A stretch of DNA of 51,920 nt from a virus (Duplodnaviria; Caudoviricetes), in the IMG/VR virus record IMGVR_UViG_3300018080_000234, positions 1 through 51,920 of that record. One strand, written 5' to 3'. This document shows positions 1 to 9,371 of the stretch, piece after piece. The notes under the pieces are model-generated. The model did no database searches. It was given only the letters and a program-made list of their open reading frames with translations, and was not told the origin of the DNA. Both the position numbers and the translations under genes were made by a program. Every line of letters starts with the position of its first letter. The first letter of the stretch is position 1.

Positions 1-70
1 ATTTGAAGCAGGTAGTTCTACATATTGTTCTGTCGCTGTTCTTAATAACGGCAATTGGGTCTGCTGTTAC
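1..70. repeat. Terminal direct repeat (identical to 51851-51920); circular contig overlap
   Basis: First 70 nt (atttgaagca...ctgctgttac) are identical to the last 70 nt; the reading frame continues across the junction. Confidence 0.95.
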
Positions 71-1495
71 AGTGATGCGGATGATGGCGGGAAGGGCAAA
101 TTTGTAATATATACCGAGGCGGGAGTCAACGTTGCTGGCCCTACTCAATTTGAAGCAGGTAGTTCTGCATATTATTCTGTTAAAACTTTACCAAATGGCG
201 ATTGGATTTGTTGTTATCGTGACGTGGGTGATACCGATGGCAAATTTGTAATATATACCGAGGCGGGAGTCAACGTTGCTGGCCCTACTCAATTTGAAGC
301 CGATGATGTCACTTATTGTTCAATTACGGTTTTAGACAATAATAATTTCGTTTGCTGTTTCCATAATGATACAGACTCAGAAGGGCAATTTGTAATATGG
401 TATCCCTATACATGGTATGCAATGAAAATTTCTGTTGCCTCCGATTTGAACGGAATAATTCTTGATGCTGAAAATCAAGGGGGGATGGATAAAATTGCAT
501 TCATCAATTCTGCAAAACTCACTGCGAAATGGAACGATTTCAAAAATTGCGATAACCCTGGACTATCAACTATACTCGGATATGCTGTCTACGGAGATAC
601 CGAGAGCGACTTTTACAACAATCGATTTTTCGACAACGACGCCGGAATCTACCTTACCGCGAATAAAGCATTAATCCATGATAATCAATTTTACCGCAAT
701 CAGGCATCAGGCGGATACGCTATACACATTGACGGAGCGGCGGCGGCTGGCGGAGACATAACAATTGAGCACAACGATATCACCCAGAATAACGCGGGGA
801 TACGACTCGAGAATAACACGGGTGGCGATTCGGAGGTTGTCAAAAACAATATCATTCACGATAACGATAACTACGGAATCAATGCCGATACGGACGTCAA
901 CTACAGCTATACCGTGATCACCGACTCCACGAATAACGCGACCGCCGGCACTTCGGTGGTATTATTCAATCCTCTATATATCCACGAGGGCGCGGACGAT
1001 CCAGAAAACATCGATCTCAATATCAAGGTTCGCGTACTCGGATATTTCACGGACTCCCCCGCTAAACTGCTTGCCGATGATACCAGAAACGCCGGAAGCT
1101 ACAACGTCCAATACATAGGATCGGAAACTTCGTGGACTGAAATCACTGTCGCAAAACCTCTTTTCATGGAGCCGTATCTCGAGGCTGCTGGCGGTTCCGT
1201 GCACGTAAAAAGGGACGGATCGTTAAGTTCTGGTAAAATAGGACAGAGTGAATATATCGAAATGAAATGGGAGGCGGTGAGCGACGCTGACAGGACGTCC
1301 CTTCGCGGCCTGTGGGTATCAGATGAAACAGAATGCCGTATCTATCCCGATCCCGACGAGAACCCAGATTCGTACAATATATATTTTCTGGTAAGAAATA
1401 AAAAATTCCCGCTTGGCCCGAAATACTGGATGCAAAGCGATCTCGGTGCTGAAGATATTCTTTTATTATTCGGCAGGAAATACGAGGAAGCATGA
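1..1495 (+). CDS. 3' part of tail/virion protein that starts at 51030: ~48-aa repeats followed by right-handed beta-helix region
   Basis: Open frame from position 2 is continuous with the 51030 ORF. Repeats GKFVIYTEAGV..GPTQFEA..Y.S...L.N..W.CC; then NosD/pectin-lyase-like N-rich repeats (FYNNRFFDNDAGIYL, IEHNDITQNNAGIRL, VKNNIIHDNDNYGI). Confidence 0.7.
   Translation, partial: FEAGSSTYCSVAVLNNGNWVCCYSDADDGGKGKFVIYTEAGVNVAGPTQFEAGSSAYYSVKTLPNGDWICCYRDVGDTDGKFVIYTEAGVNVAGPTQFEADDVTYCSITVLDNNNFVCCFHNDTDSEGQFVIWYPYTWYAMKISVASDLNGIILDAENQGGMDKIAFINSAKLTAKWNDFKNCDNPGLSTILGYAVYGDTESDFYNNRFFDNDAGIYLTANKALIHDNQFYRNQASGGYAIHIDGAAAAGGDITIEHNDITQNNAGIRLENNTGGDSEVVKNNIIHDNDNYGINADTDVNYSYTVITDSTNNATAGTSVVLFNPLYIHEGADDPENIDLNIKVRVLGYFTDSPAKLLADDTRNAGSYNVQYIGSETSWTEITVAKPLFMEPYLEAAGGSVHVKRDGSLSSGKIGQSEYIEMKWEAVSDADRTSLRGLWVSDETECRIYPDPDENPDSYNIYFLVRNKKFPLGPKYWMQSDLGAEDILLLFGRKYEEA
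95..300 (+). repeat. Intragenic 62-bp exact direct repeat (95-156, 239-300; partial copy near 51798)
   Basis: ggcaaatttgtaatatataccgaggcgggagtcaacgttgctggccctactcaatttgaagc occurs twice, 144 bp (48 codons) apart. Confidence 0.9.
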
Positions 1496-3342
1496 GCCTT
1501 GTGCACACATTGAACAACACCGTTATCCCCGATGAGGATATAATTGCATACGGAAAAGACGAGCAATCGGTTGACTTTAATGGCAATACACTGATTGCAT
1601 CCGAATATACTATCGATATTGACGATCTTGATCGAGACGATTACAACCCGCTTTATTCGGGCTCTCTGCTGTACGGCGTGTCGTGGTGGAATAAGGAAAT
1701 CACGGTATTCGACTCGGATAACGGTGTTTACATCTGGCGCGGAAGGCTCAAAAAATTTAAGGGCGACTGGGCGAACAACAAGCTCACCATTACATCGTCA
1801 AATTATATTCAGGATGCTATTGATACAATCTGCGTATATGAGAACACGGGAAACAAAACGCCGGCTCAGATTGTTTACGAGCTCCTCACGGATAATCTTG
1901 GAATAGATGATTCATACATCAATTACAGCGGGTTCCAGAGCGCAATCAATATCCAAACGGCAAGCACAGTATATACCAAAGTGGTATTCACGAAAGACGA
2001 TAGCAAAAACGTGCTTCAAGTCATTGCAGAGCTATGCAGGATCACGCAATGTGTGTTGTATGTTGTCAACAATATCATCAGCCTGTGGCAATATGAGGAA
2101 TGGGGGGGACTGCTTGGGTTCGAGGTCAGAAATGACGATATTGTCGAGGGCAGTTTCAAGTTTGAAACAGTTGAGGACAGGATAATAAATGACTACTCCG
2201 TGGCATACGAAAATGGCGCGAATATCGCATTATCGACAGATTCAAATGCGGCATCAATTTCCAATTATGGAATTACGAAGTCGTTTCTCGTGCCCGATGA
2301 GGACGTTGACTCAACACTCGCGGCTGACTATAAAATCCTTTTTCTGAATGCTGCCGCTGCAGGGTGGGCGGGCGATCTCGCAATCACCCGATATAAAAAC
2401 ATTCTCTATAAATGCGAATTCATCCTTGATAACCTGAAAGGGGAATGGAATTTTCTGGAATTAAACGATCAACTCGATCTAAATTTTTATCCGCCGTTTG
2501 TTCGCGAGCCGATACGAGTCACGAAACTTGTCAAAGACAAAGATAAAAAGCTCATCAACATAGAGGCGATATTCCTCAACCTGCCGGTGAACGCCTATGC
2601 CCGCGATGTGGAAGCGCCTATCCCCGTCGAGCTGATGTCTGTTATCGGGGGAGATAGGACGTTGTTTATCAAATGGACGCAATCCGCCGAAGACGATCAT
2701 CTTGGATATTACGTTTACATCACGTCAACCCCGGGGGAATGGGAGACGGAATTCTGCAACATGGGGCGCAGCAGGATCGACATAAAAAACCCATCGACTA
2801 TCGAGGGGTATGCATATGTTGTTCTATCACAGCTGAACAATGGCACCAGATACTACGTGAAAGTTACGAGCTACGATACGTCGTTTAACGAGAGCGAAGA
2901 TTCAAATATTTTAAGCGCGACACCTTTCGCCGCAACCGGGTTCGAAAATGTGTATATGCTCCAGGGCGATCCGTATATTGACGGGCTCACTCTCGATATC
3001 ACGAATGCCGAGGGCGGGACGGTTCCGGAAGAATTTACAACTTATGAGGATTTTGACATCCCAGAATTCAGCGATGTTATCGCTGCCATATATGAATCCG
3101 ACAGGCATCACAAAACTGGCGGATTTACGTCGATAGAATGGAAGGCGGCTGGCGATCCTGAAGACGTAAAATTTCAATACCGGACGTATGACGGATCCGA
3201 CTGGAGCGACTGGTCAGCCGCCATTGATGCTGTCGGGGTAAAGTCTCAAAGCATAAGCGAGGAATATTTTCAGTATCGATTTATTTTCTATTCAACATTC
3301 TGGAGCGATTCGGATAGCGTAATCGTCAGGGATATATATTAG
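1492..3342 (+). CDS. Tail tip/baseplate hub-like protein with fibronectin type III domain
   Basis: 616 aa, acidic; FN3 motif (IKWTQSAEDDHLGYYVY...LNNGTRYYVKVTSYD...ESEDSN...ATP); lies between tape-measure region and tail fibre. Confidence 0.65.
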   Translation: MSLVHTLNNTVIPDEDIIAYGKDEQSVDFNGNTLIASEYTIDIDDLDRDDYNPLYSGSLLYGVSWWNKEITVFDSDNGVYIWRGRLKKFKGDWANNKLTITSSNYIQDAIDTICVYENTGNKTPAQIVYELLTDNLGIDDSYINYSGFQSAINIQTASTVYTKVVFTKDDSKNVLQVIAELCRITQCVLYVVNNIISLWQYEEWGGLLGFEVRNDDIVEGSFKFETVEDRIINDYSVAYENGANIALSTDSNAASISNYGITKSFLVPDEDVDSTLAADYKILFLNAAAAGWAGDLAITRYKNILYKCEFILDNLKGEWNFLELNDQLDLNFYPPFVREPIRVTKLVKDKDKKLINIEAIFLNLPVNAYARDVEAPIPVELMSVIGGDRTLFIKWTQSAEDDHLGYYVYITSTPGEWETEFCNMGRSRIDIKNPSTIEGYAYVVLSQLNNGTRYYVKVTSYDTSFNESEDSNILSATPFAATGFENVYMLQGDPYIDGLTLDITNAEGGTVPEEFTTYEDFDIPEFSDVIAAIYESDRHHKTGGFTSIEWKAAGDPEDVKFQYRTYDGSDWSDWSAAIDAVGVKSQSISEEYFQYRFIFYSTFWSDSDSVIVRDIY

Positions 3343-3351
3343 AGGTGTGAT

Positions 3352-4578
3352 ATGGGATATGTGGAAGTACCGGCAAGAGCCGTAACAACGTCCAGCATGT
3401 ATCTGGACATCAACCAGCTGCAGGACAACATTGACGCGCTGCTCGACGGGACAAAGACGTTCACGAAAATCACGGTTGACGATCCTGCCGATGAGCATGG
3501 CGTTGGCGACAGAGGATATAATGACTCACGGTATGCGCTGGCAAATTCTGGAAACGCCGGCCTTTTCCGGCAGGCAATAATCAATCCCGATGGCGCAATC
3601 GCCCAGCGGGGGGCGAGCGGATCGGCGGAATTTACGGCGGCGACGACACCGGCGAATGACGATGACACCTACCTGATTGACAGGTGGGTTCTCCTCTCCG
3701 ATGGGAATGATATTGTTGATGTATCTCAATCCACCGACGCGCCGGAGGGATCGAATTTTTCCGTGAAATTTCTCGTCGCGACGGCGAACAAAAAATTCGG
3801 ACATCTGCAAATCCTTGAGAGCAAAAATTCTGTTCCGTTTTCCGGCAAATCGGTGTCCGTATCATTTCAGGCGAAAACGACGGCGGCGAAGCTGATAGAA
3901 AATTTACGATGTGCCGTTCTTTCGTGGGATGGAGCGGCGGATTCTCCCACGTCGGATATTGTTTCCGCGTGGAACGCCGAGGGAGCGAATATCACGCCGG
4001 TGGCAAACTGGACTCTTGAAAATGTACCGGCAGATATCGCTATCGATACCGACTGGACGAAATACAATATCAACAACATTTCTATCGATACCGCGGGAAT
4101 GACGAATCTCGCCCTGTTTATCTGGGTGGACGATACCGACGCGGCGGCGAACGATGAGCTGTTCATTGCGCAGGTACAGATGAACGAGGGCTCGACCGTT
4201 CTCGACTACTGCCCGAGGCAATTTGAGGAGGAGATTGCGTTGTGCCAGAGGTATTTTTGCAAGGGGCACAATATCGAAACCGCTCCCGGAACGGCTACGA
4301 ACGTGGGGCAGAAATTCAATTATGTTACTGCGGTTGCGAACTCAGCTTGTACGGTCGGGTGTGATGAGACATTTTCCGTGAGAATGAGAACGACACCAAC
4401 GATTCATGCCTACGATCTGGCCGGAACAATTGACAAGGTGACAATTTGCGGCACGAATGGACAGGCGGCCACGGTATACAGGGAGGGGAGTAGGGGGTTC
4501 GGGATATATGGAGCTTCGTCGGGAGCGGTAACAACAAGGAACGTGGAATATCTATATACCGCTGACGCCGAAATATAG
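3352..4578 (+). CDS. Tail fibre / receptor-binding protein
   Basis: Motifs common in phage tail fibres: IINPDGAIAQRG...DRW and QMNEGS...RQFEEEIALCQRYF; position at the end of the tail module. Confidence 0.7.
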   Translation: MGYVEVPARAVTTSSMYLDINQLQDNIDALLDGTKTFTKITVDDPADEHGVGDRGYNDSRYALANSGNAGLFRQAIINPDGAIAQRGASGSAEFTAATTPANDDDTYLIDRWVLLSDGNDIVDVSQSTDAPEGSNFSVKFLVATANKKFGHLQILESKNSVPFSGKSVSVSFQAKTTAAKLIENLRCAVLSWDGAADSPTSDIVSAWNAEGANITPVANWTLENVPADIAIDTDWTKYNINNISIDTAGMTNLALFIWVDDTDAAANDELFIAQVQMNEGSTVLDYCPRQFEEEIALCQRYFCKGHNIETAPGTATNVGQKFNYVTAVANSACTVGCDETFSVRMRTTPTIHAYDLAGTIDKVTICGTNGQAATVYREGSRGFGIYGASSGAVTTRNVEYLYTADAEI

Positions 4579-4586
4579 GAGGAATC

Positions 4587-5006
4587 ATGACGAAACATTA
4601 TATTCGAATCGACGCCGAAAAAAACATCACTCACGGATTCTCGGACAAATTCGAGAAGCCGGTTCAGGGCGACATCTGCATCAATGAGAACGCTCCGAGG
4701 CATTTCCCGAAAAATGAAATGTTTCCCGATGGAATGAAAACCGAGGAGGGCTATCCCCGCTACACATGGGACAGCAAGAAAAAAATTCCAGCCCTGAAAA
4801 CCGAGGAGCAAATATACACGCTCGGCGTGCGGAAGGTTGAGAAAAAACAAGAAATCAAAAACGAACGCACGCAGGCGGAGAGGTTGTATCGGCTCCTGAA
4901 ACCTCTCATCGATGGGGGGAACGCGGAGAGTATCGAATCGGCACTCATCGCACAGTCAGACGCCGCGAAAAACGAAACCGAATTGGAGGCGATAAAGTGG
5001 GGATAG
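4587..5006 (+). CDS. Putative tail fibre assembly protein
   Basis: Follows the fibre gene, strong RBS (aggagga), C-terminal ELEAIKW ending as in Tfa-like chaperones. Confidence 0.5.
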   Translation: MTKHYIRIDAEKNITHGFSDKFEKPVQGDICINENAPRHFPKNEMFPDGMKTEEGYPRYTWDSKKKIPALKTEEQIYTLGVRKVEKKQEIKNERTQAERLYRLLKPLIDGGNAESIESALIAQSDAAKNETELEAIKWG

Positions 5007-5245
5007 ACGCATATATCGTGATAGGGAGCGCGGTTGCCGGCATGGTGATCTGGGCGATCCGGCTTGAGGGTAGGGTGAACTCTCAGGAGAAAACGTTTTC
5101 GTTGTGCCAGAGAAATATCGAAAAAAGCCTGGAGCACGTAAACGAAAATATCGGTAAAATATTTGAGAGGCTGGATCGGTTGTCTGAAAGCGTCAACACG
5201 CTGATAGGATATCAGGATGGGCGCCGGAATGGGCAAAAAAAATGA
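4997..5245 (+). CDS. Holin/XhlA-like membrane protein
   Basis: N-terminal TM helix plus coiled coil, upstream of the endolysin. Confidence 0.5.
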   Translation: MGIDAYIVIGSAVAGMVIWAIRLEGRVNSQEKTFSLCQRNIEKSLEHVNENIGKIFERLDRLSESVNTLIGYQDGRRNGQKK

Positions 5246-5264
5246 TCATCTATGAGACATAATC

Positions 5265-5447
5265 ATGAGGGAATCCACGCAGGAATATTTTCGGGTGCTG
5301 CACAAGACGATCTGTGATATGTGCCCGGCGGACTGCAACGGGTTCAACCTCGATTGCCTCTACCACATGATCAACCTCGCCTCGATAATGGCGACAAAAT
5401 ACGCGGAGATGAGAGATGGAAATAGTTGTAGACGAAAAAATCCGTGA
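5265..5447 (+). CDS. Small Cys-rich hypothetical protein
   Basis: 60 aa ORF with CxxC...C...C between holin-like gene and amidase. Confidence 0.4.
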   Translation: MRESTQEYFRVLHKTICDMCPADCNGFNLDCLYHMINLASIMATKYAEMRDGNSCRRKNP

Positions 5448-5967
5448 GAAATGGCACAGGGGTTTCGCCAGAGAGAAGCCGGTATCGGAGATAATCATTC
5501 ACGGCACGGGCGGAGGCGGGACGTATCAGTACGTCCTGAATGGCGGGCGCTCAAGCCTCTATGTCCGGGGGATCGCCCTGTTTCATTATCTCGTCGAGCG
5601 TGACGGGAAAATCATCGAAATCATTCACCCGAAACGGTGGGTATATCATTCCTCATCCGGGAAGCACGACGAGGTGACTATCGGCATCGAGCTCCTGAAT
5701 CCGAATCTCCACAACAATGGATTCTACACTGACGAGCAGTACAAGTCTCTATTCTATCTCATATTCGACAAATTAATGAAGGACTTCCCGGAGGTGAATA
5801 TTATCCGCAGTCACAGCGCCACGAAACAGATATACAGCGGATCGCCGAAAAGCTGTCCGGGTCTAGCGTTCGACTGGTCCCGCCTCGACGCCGAATTCGA
5901 GCGCAGGGATATATATGTGTTTCAGGACAGGAATGAGAGCTATGAAATTATTGGGGGTACGGCATGA
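5416..5967 (+). CDS. Endolysin, N-acetylmuramoyl-L-alanine amidase (Amidase_2)
   Basis: IIIHGT, FHYLVERDG, HSS..TIGIEL, RSHS...KSCPG Zn-amidase motifs. Confidence 0.85.
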   Translation: MEIVVDEKIREKWHRGFAREKPVSEIIIHGTGGGGTYQYVLNGGRSSLYVRGIALFHYLVERDGKIIEIIHPKRWVYHSSSGKHDEVTIGIELLNPNLHNNGFYTDEQYKSLFYLIFDKLMKDFPEVNIIRSHSATKQIYSGSPKSCPGLAFDWSRLDAEFERRDIYVFQDRNESYEIIGGTA

Positions 5968-6143
5968 AAATCAAACCGATATTTGACGGCATCCATACAG
6001 CCATAAAGAGCAAATATTTTTGGAGGTATCTATTCCTGATTGGACTGATACTCATGTTTCTCGCGGAGATAGATTTGAAATATGATGGATTCGAGTTTCA
6101 CAAGAGATCGCCGATCTCTGTCATTCTGGGGCAGGGTGACTGA
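5964..6143 (+). CDS. Small membrane protein in lysis module
   Basis: 59 aa ORF read manually (MKIKPIFDG...YFWRYLFLIGLILMFLA...), overlaps the amidase stop (ATGA). Confidence 0.45.
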   Translation: MKIKPIFDGIHTAIKSKYFWRYLFLIGLILMFLAEIDLKYDGFEFHKRSPISVILGQGD

Positions 6144-6309
6144 AGGCTTCAAAACCCTGATCGGGGTAGGGGCGATCATAATCATGACAGCATGTTTTTT
6201 CATCGCCTGCCGGAGGAATCGTGCGCGTCGTCGAGAATGACATAGTTATCCTCCTGATTCTGATCGGCCTGACTGCTGTCATATATTTTCAGGAGAGAAA
6301 ACGCAGGAA

Positions 6310-6909
6310 ATGTCAAAAATGATATATACGCTCTCATTCCTCATCTGCGCCTTTTCTGCAACCGTGACCATAGGCCACCACCACAGCGAATTTGCCGTAC
6401 TCCGAAAACAATACCCGAAACTCACCAGACAGATCCACCGGATCACAGTCCGAGAATGCAAACTTCAAAATGTAGGGAAAACACATAAACTCACTCCCGG
6501 CATGGTGTATGCACTTATCCAGGGGGAGAGTGAATTTACTCTGCGTGCTGTTTCTCGTGCCGGCGCCAGGGGGCTCATGCAGGTTATGCCGTATCATTTC
6601 AGCAGGGGCGAGAATCCTTTTGAACTCAATACAAATATTCGGGAGGGCATTGGATATTTCCTCGAAGCATGGCAGAGGGCTCATCGATGGGTGGGCGCAA
6701 ATTCAAAGACTGACTATTCGAAACAGCACGTAAAACGGTATCGCGAAGCCGTGAGGATGTATAATGCAGGACATTATAATAAACGATGGAAATATAGAAA
6801 CTGGAGATGGTGTAATAGGGTAACTCGCTATTACGAGAAAAGCCTCCATCCCGCAACGCCGCCGACATGGAGCAGCCGTATTGCAATACTTTTAGGAGGA
6901 TTACCATGA
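6310..6909 (+). CDS. Lytic transglycosylase (SLT domain)
   Basis: ALIQGESEF...AVSRAGARGLMQVMP...NIREGIGY...MYNAG motifs; N-terminal hydrophobic signal. Confidence 0.88.
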   Translation: MSKMIYTLSFLICAFSATVTIGHHHSEFAVLRKQYPKLTRQIHRITVRECKLQNVGKTHKLTPGMVYALIQGESEFTLRAVSRAGARGLMQVMPYHFSRGENPFELNTNIREGIGYFLEAWQRAHRWVGANSKTDYSKQHVKRYREAVRMYNAGHYNKRWKYRNWRWCNRVTRYYEKSLHPATPPTWSSRIAILLGGLP

Positions 6910-7409
6910 AGGCGAAAAGAGTTTTATCGTATACATTTATATTTCTATTATTTGGCGTACTCATTTTGGAGCCGAAATGCTGCACCATGAAAGAGGAAGA
7001 GGCTGTTAAAATTGTGCAGGACATGAGAGCACAACAGGAGTGGGAAGCCACTCAACAGTTTAAGAAATTCCTCAGGGTGCTTGCCCCTTACCTGGACGGG
7101 AAACAACCGAGCGATATCCACTCGGTGCTTGGCGCACTGGTGACATATTTCGGAATTCCTGCGACTACCAACTCGCGAAAATTTCACACCGGATACATGG
7201 GAATTAAAAGGCAAATTCTATTCGGTGAAAAACCGGATGATATTGTGATACACATTCATGTATTGTACTGGCAGCGCAGCAAAACGATGACGAAGCGATA
7301 CGATCCGTTTATGGGGAGCATTATGCTTGCATCCAAATATGACATAGTGATGTTGCTATTTATGAACAATGAAAAGCTGATAGGCTCACATATTGAATGC
7401 TTGAGATGA
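6906..7409 (+). CDS. Hypothetical secreted/membrane-anchored protein
   Basis: RBS aggagga before ATG 6906; N-terminal hydrophobic stretch followed by Cys. Confidence 0.5.
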   Translation: MKAKRVLSYTFIFLLFGVLILEPKCCTMKEEEAVKIVQDMRAQQEWEATQQFKKFLRVLAPYLDGKQPSDIHSVLGALVTYFGIPATTNSRKFHTGYMGIKRQILFGEKPDDIVIHIHVLYWQRSKTMTKRYDPFMGSIMLASKYDIVMLLFMNNEKLIGSHIECLR

Positions 7410-7420
7410 GAGATGGAGAG

Positions 7421-7849
7421 ATGAAAATATACTCAGCCGTGATAACAATTCTATTCCTCCTCGCTGCGGGGGCGTATCTCCTGTTTCCGCGGGCGGAGGT
7501 GAAAACCGAAGTGCAGGTGAAAATCAAAGAGGTGGAGAAAATACACACTGTGACGAAATATATCAAATCCCCCGAGGCGATGGGTATAGAGGATCTCCGC
7601 GAGTGCACCGAATCGCCTATTGCTATCGAATACCGCGTGGAGTCGGAGGAGAGCCGCCGGATCACCATCACCGCGAGCGACGGGTGCAAATTGACGGAAC
7701 AGACTATCGACGTCAAATACGATATACGGGACACGAGAAACAAACAGGTTGATCGTGCTAAGGCGTTCGGACTGGGTGCCGCCGCGGCCGCCGTGATAAT
7801 ATGGATTGCTCCTGCCGTTGCGCCGGTGCTGCTGCCCCTGATATTATAG
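7421..7849 (+). CDS. Spanin-like membrane protein
   Basis: N- and C-terminal hydrophobic helices, VKIKEVEKIHTVTKY region, last gene of the lysis cluster. Confidence 0.45.
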   Translation: MKIYSAVITILFLLAAGAYLLFPRAEVKTEVQVKIKEVEKIHTVTKYIKSPEAMGIEDLRECTESPIAIEYRVESEESRRITITASDGCKLTEQTIDVKYDIRDTRNKQVDRAKAFGLGAAAAAVIIWIAPAVAPVLLPLIL

Positions 7850-7898
7850 TTCTTTCATTGCGAATCTCCTTTTGCGTCCGGTAACTCCGGGCGCCTGC

Positions 7899-7927
7899 TG
7901 CCTCGCCTTTCCGCGGGGCATTTTTTT
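7899..7927 (+). terminator. Rho-independent terminator ending the late/lysis operon
   Basis: TGCCTCGC-CTTTCC-GCGGGGCA hairpin followed by T7. Confidence 0.8.
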
Positions 7928-8005
7928 GAATACTAAACATGATTTTACTATACGTCCGTTATAAAATTTTTTACCCTTTTTTTGCCATTTTTTCTTGAAA
8001 AATAC

Positions 8006-8034
8006 TTGACAAATTTGTGACAATTCAGTATATT
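8006..8034 (+). promoter_or_regulatory. Sigma70-type promoter of early cassette
   Basis: TTGACA-17 bp-TATATT in an AT-rich intergenic region. Confidence 0.75.
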
Positions 8035-8064
8035 ATATTTATCAGAACGAGAGAGAGAGGGAGA

Positions 8065-8688
8065 ATGAAAGCAGATAGCCTGAAGGAAGCCTACCAAGTT
8101 GGACAAAAAATCAGAGAACTCTATAATGGCGATTACGAGACCGCAATCAATATGGATGATGAACTCTACCAAGACATGAGGCAATGGACACATGCCTATT
8201 ACATGTTTTGCGAATGCGGGATCAGGGAATACGATATACCGCAAAAAGTCAAGGCTTGGAGATATGGTAAGATCAACGGTGAAATGAGCTACAATTATAG
8301 AGATGATCGACCGGAGAAGGGAATATCAGTTATGCAAGTTAAGGGCGGTGAAAAGACCAACACCCTCTATGAAGCGATTAACGGCGGAGACATCATATAT
8401 CTTACTGGCTACCTGCTCCCTTGGCATGGTGCCGATGGAGAACCACTCTTGGTTGCGTGCAAAGAGATCACCCAAGAGGAGTATAACATGGGCGCATCCC
8501 CGAAAGGGGAAATAAAAAAGAGGAGAGAGAGAATGAAATTTAAATTTAGTATCGAGATAGAAGTTGACCAAATATGGATTGATGACGGATTAACCGCCAA
8601 TGGCATAAAAGAAGAATTGGGATATTTTATTGAAGAGCGACTAATCCCTTATGCTGTTGAGGGAGAAATCAAGGCAACAATTAAATAG
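8065..8688 (+). CDS. Hypothetical early protein (probably two modules; internal RBS/ATG at 8533)
   Basis: RBS gagaggga before ATG 8065; second in-frame strong RBS (aagaggagagagaga) before ATG 8533. Confidence 0.6.
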   Translation: MKADSLKEAYQVGQKIRELYNGDYETAINMDDELYQDMRQWTHAYYMFCECGIREYDIPQKVKAWRYGKINGEMSYNYRDDRPEKGISVMQVKGGEKTNTLYEAINGGDIIYLTGYLLPWHGADGEPLLVACKEITQEEYNMGASPKGEIKKRRERMKFKFSIEIEVDQIWIDDGLTANGIKEELGYFIEERLIPYAVEGEIKATIK

Positions 8689-8773
8689 CACCCCGCCCGC
8701 TGGCACTCGCTGGGGTTCAATTCCCCAGCCGGGCGCATGCTCGAAAGAGCAAATTAAAGAGAGGAGAAAAGAG
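8689..8773 (+). ncRNA. tRNA-minihelix-like intergenic element, copy 1
   Basis: CGCCCG/CGGGCG stem stacked on GCTGGGG-TTCAATT-CCCCAGC T-arm, then GCTC-GAAA-GAGC hairpin and RBS. Confidence 0.55.
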
Positions 8774-8962
8774 ATGAAACTAACAATAAGGGAAATCAAA
8801 GAAGCTCACGCACAATGGACGTTTGATGGTGGTTGCACAGCATGGAGGAAACTGTGTGACCTGATGCCACCAAAAGATAGTAGAATTACACATAATGTTG
8901 CAAGGGAAATCAATTCACAATTATCACCATCGGAAATACAAGAATTGAAAGAAATTATTTAG
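8774..8962 (+). CDS. Small hypothetical early protein (62 aa)
   Basis: Strong RBS gaggag, ATG 8774, flanked by the two repeat copies. Confidence 0.65.
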   Translation: MKLTIREIKEAHAQWTFDGGCTAWRKLCDLMPPKDSRITHNVAREINSQLSPSEIQELKEII

Positions 8963-9046
8963 CACCCCCGCCCGCTGGCACTCGCTGGGGTTCAATTCCT
9001 CGGCCGGGCGCATCCCCAAAAGGGGAAATAAAGAGAGGAGAAAGAG
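8963..9046 (+). ncRNA. tRNA-minihelix-like intergenic element, copy 2
   Basis: Near-identical to 8689-8738; T-arm 3' strand CCTCGGC (pairing kept); CCCC-AAAA-GGGG hairpin, then RBS. Confidence 0.55.
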
Positions 9047-9280
9047 ATGAATGCACAGGAATTTATCGCCGCCGTAAGCCATGAAAATGAGAACAACTGG
9101 GCAAATTCCGACCTCCGGGAGGAAACCGAAGAAATGCTCAGAAAAATTGCAGAACATTTTGTGGAGTGCGAGGAATGTCGAAATGATTTTGACGCTATGC
9201 TGTATGAAGAGGAAACACTCATTGACTTCGAGCGCATTCTTTCGCAAACAAAATTGTCTGATTGGATATGCGAGAAATGA
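9047..9280 (+). CDS. Small acidic protein with HxxxCxxC motif
   Basis: EHFVECEECR resembles the zinc-finger motif of anti-sigma factors; strong RBS. Confidence 0.6.
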   Translation: MNAQEFIAAVSHENENNWANSDLREETEEMLRKIAEHFVECEECRNDFDAMLYEEETLIDFERILSQTKLSDWICEK

Positions 9281-9371
9281 TTTATGCAGCCCGCCGCCGT
9301 GTTGTCGATAGTACGCTTCAAGGCACGGTGGGCAAATTCCCTGAAAAAGGAAAACTAAAGAGGAGATAAAA

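Noticed and set aside
1-70. Biological terminal repeat of the virion DNA
   Set aside because: It falls mid-gene within a repeat region; more likely an assembler overlap than a packaging end.
95-300. CRISPR-like or DGR template/variable repeat pair
   Set aside because: Copies are identical, in frame within a repeat protein, show no adenine-specific differences, and no reverse transcriptase is present.
8689-9013. True tRNA genes
   Set aside because: Only acceptor/T-arm-like halves; no D or anticodon arms.
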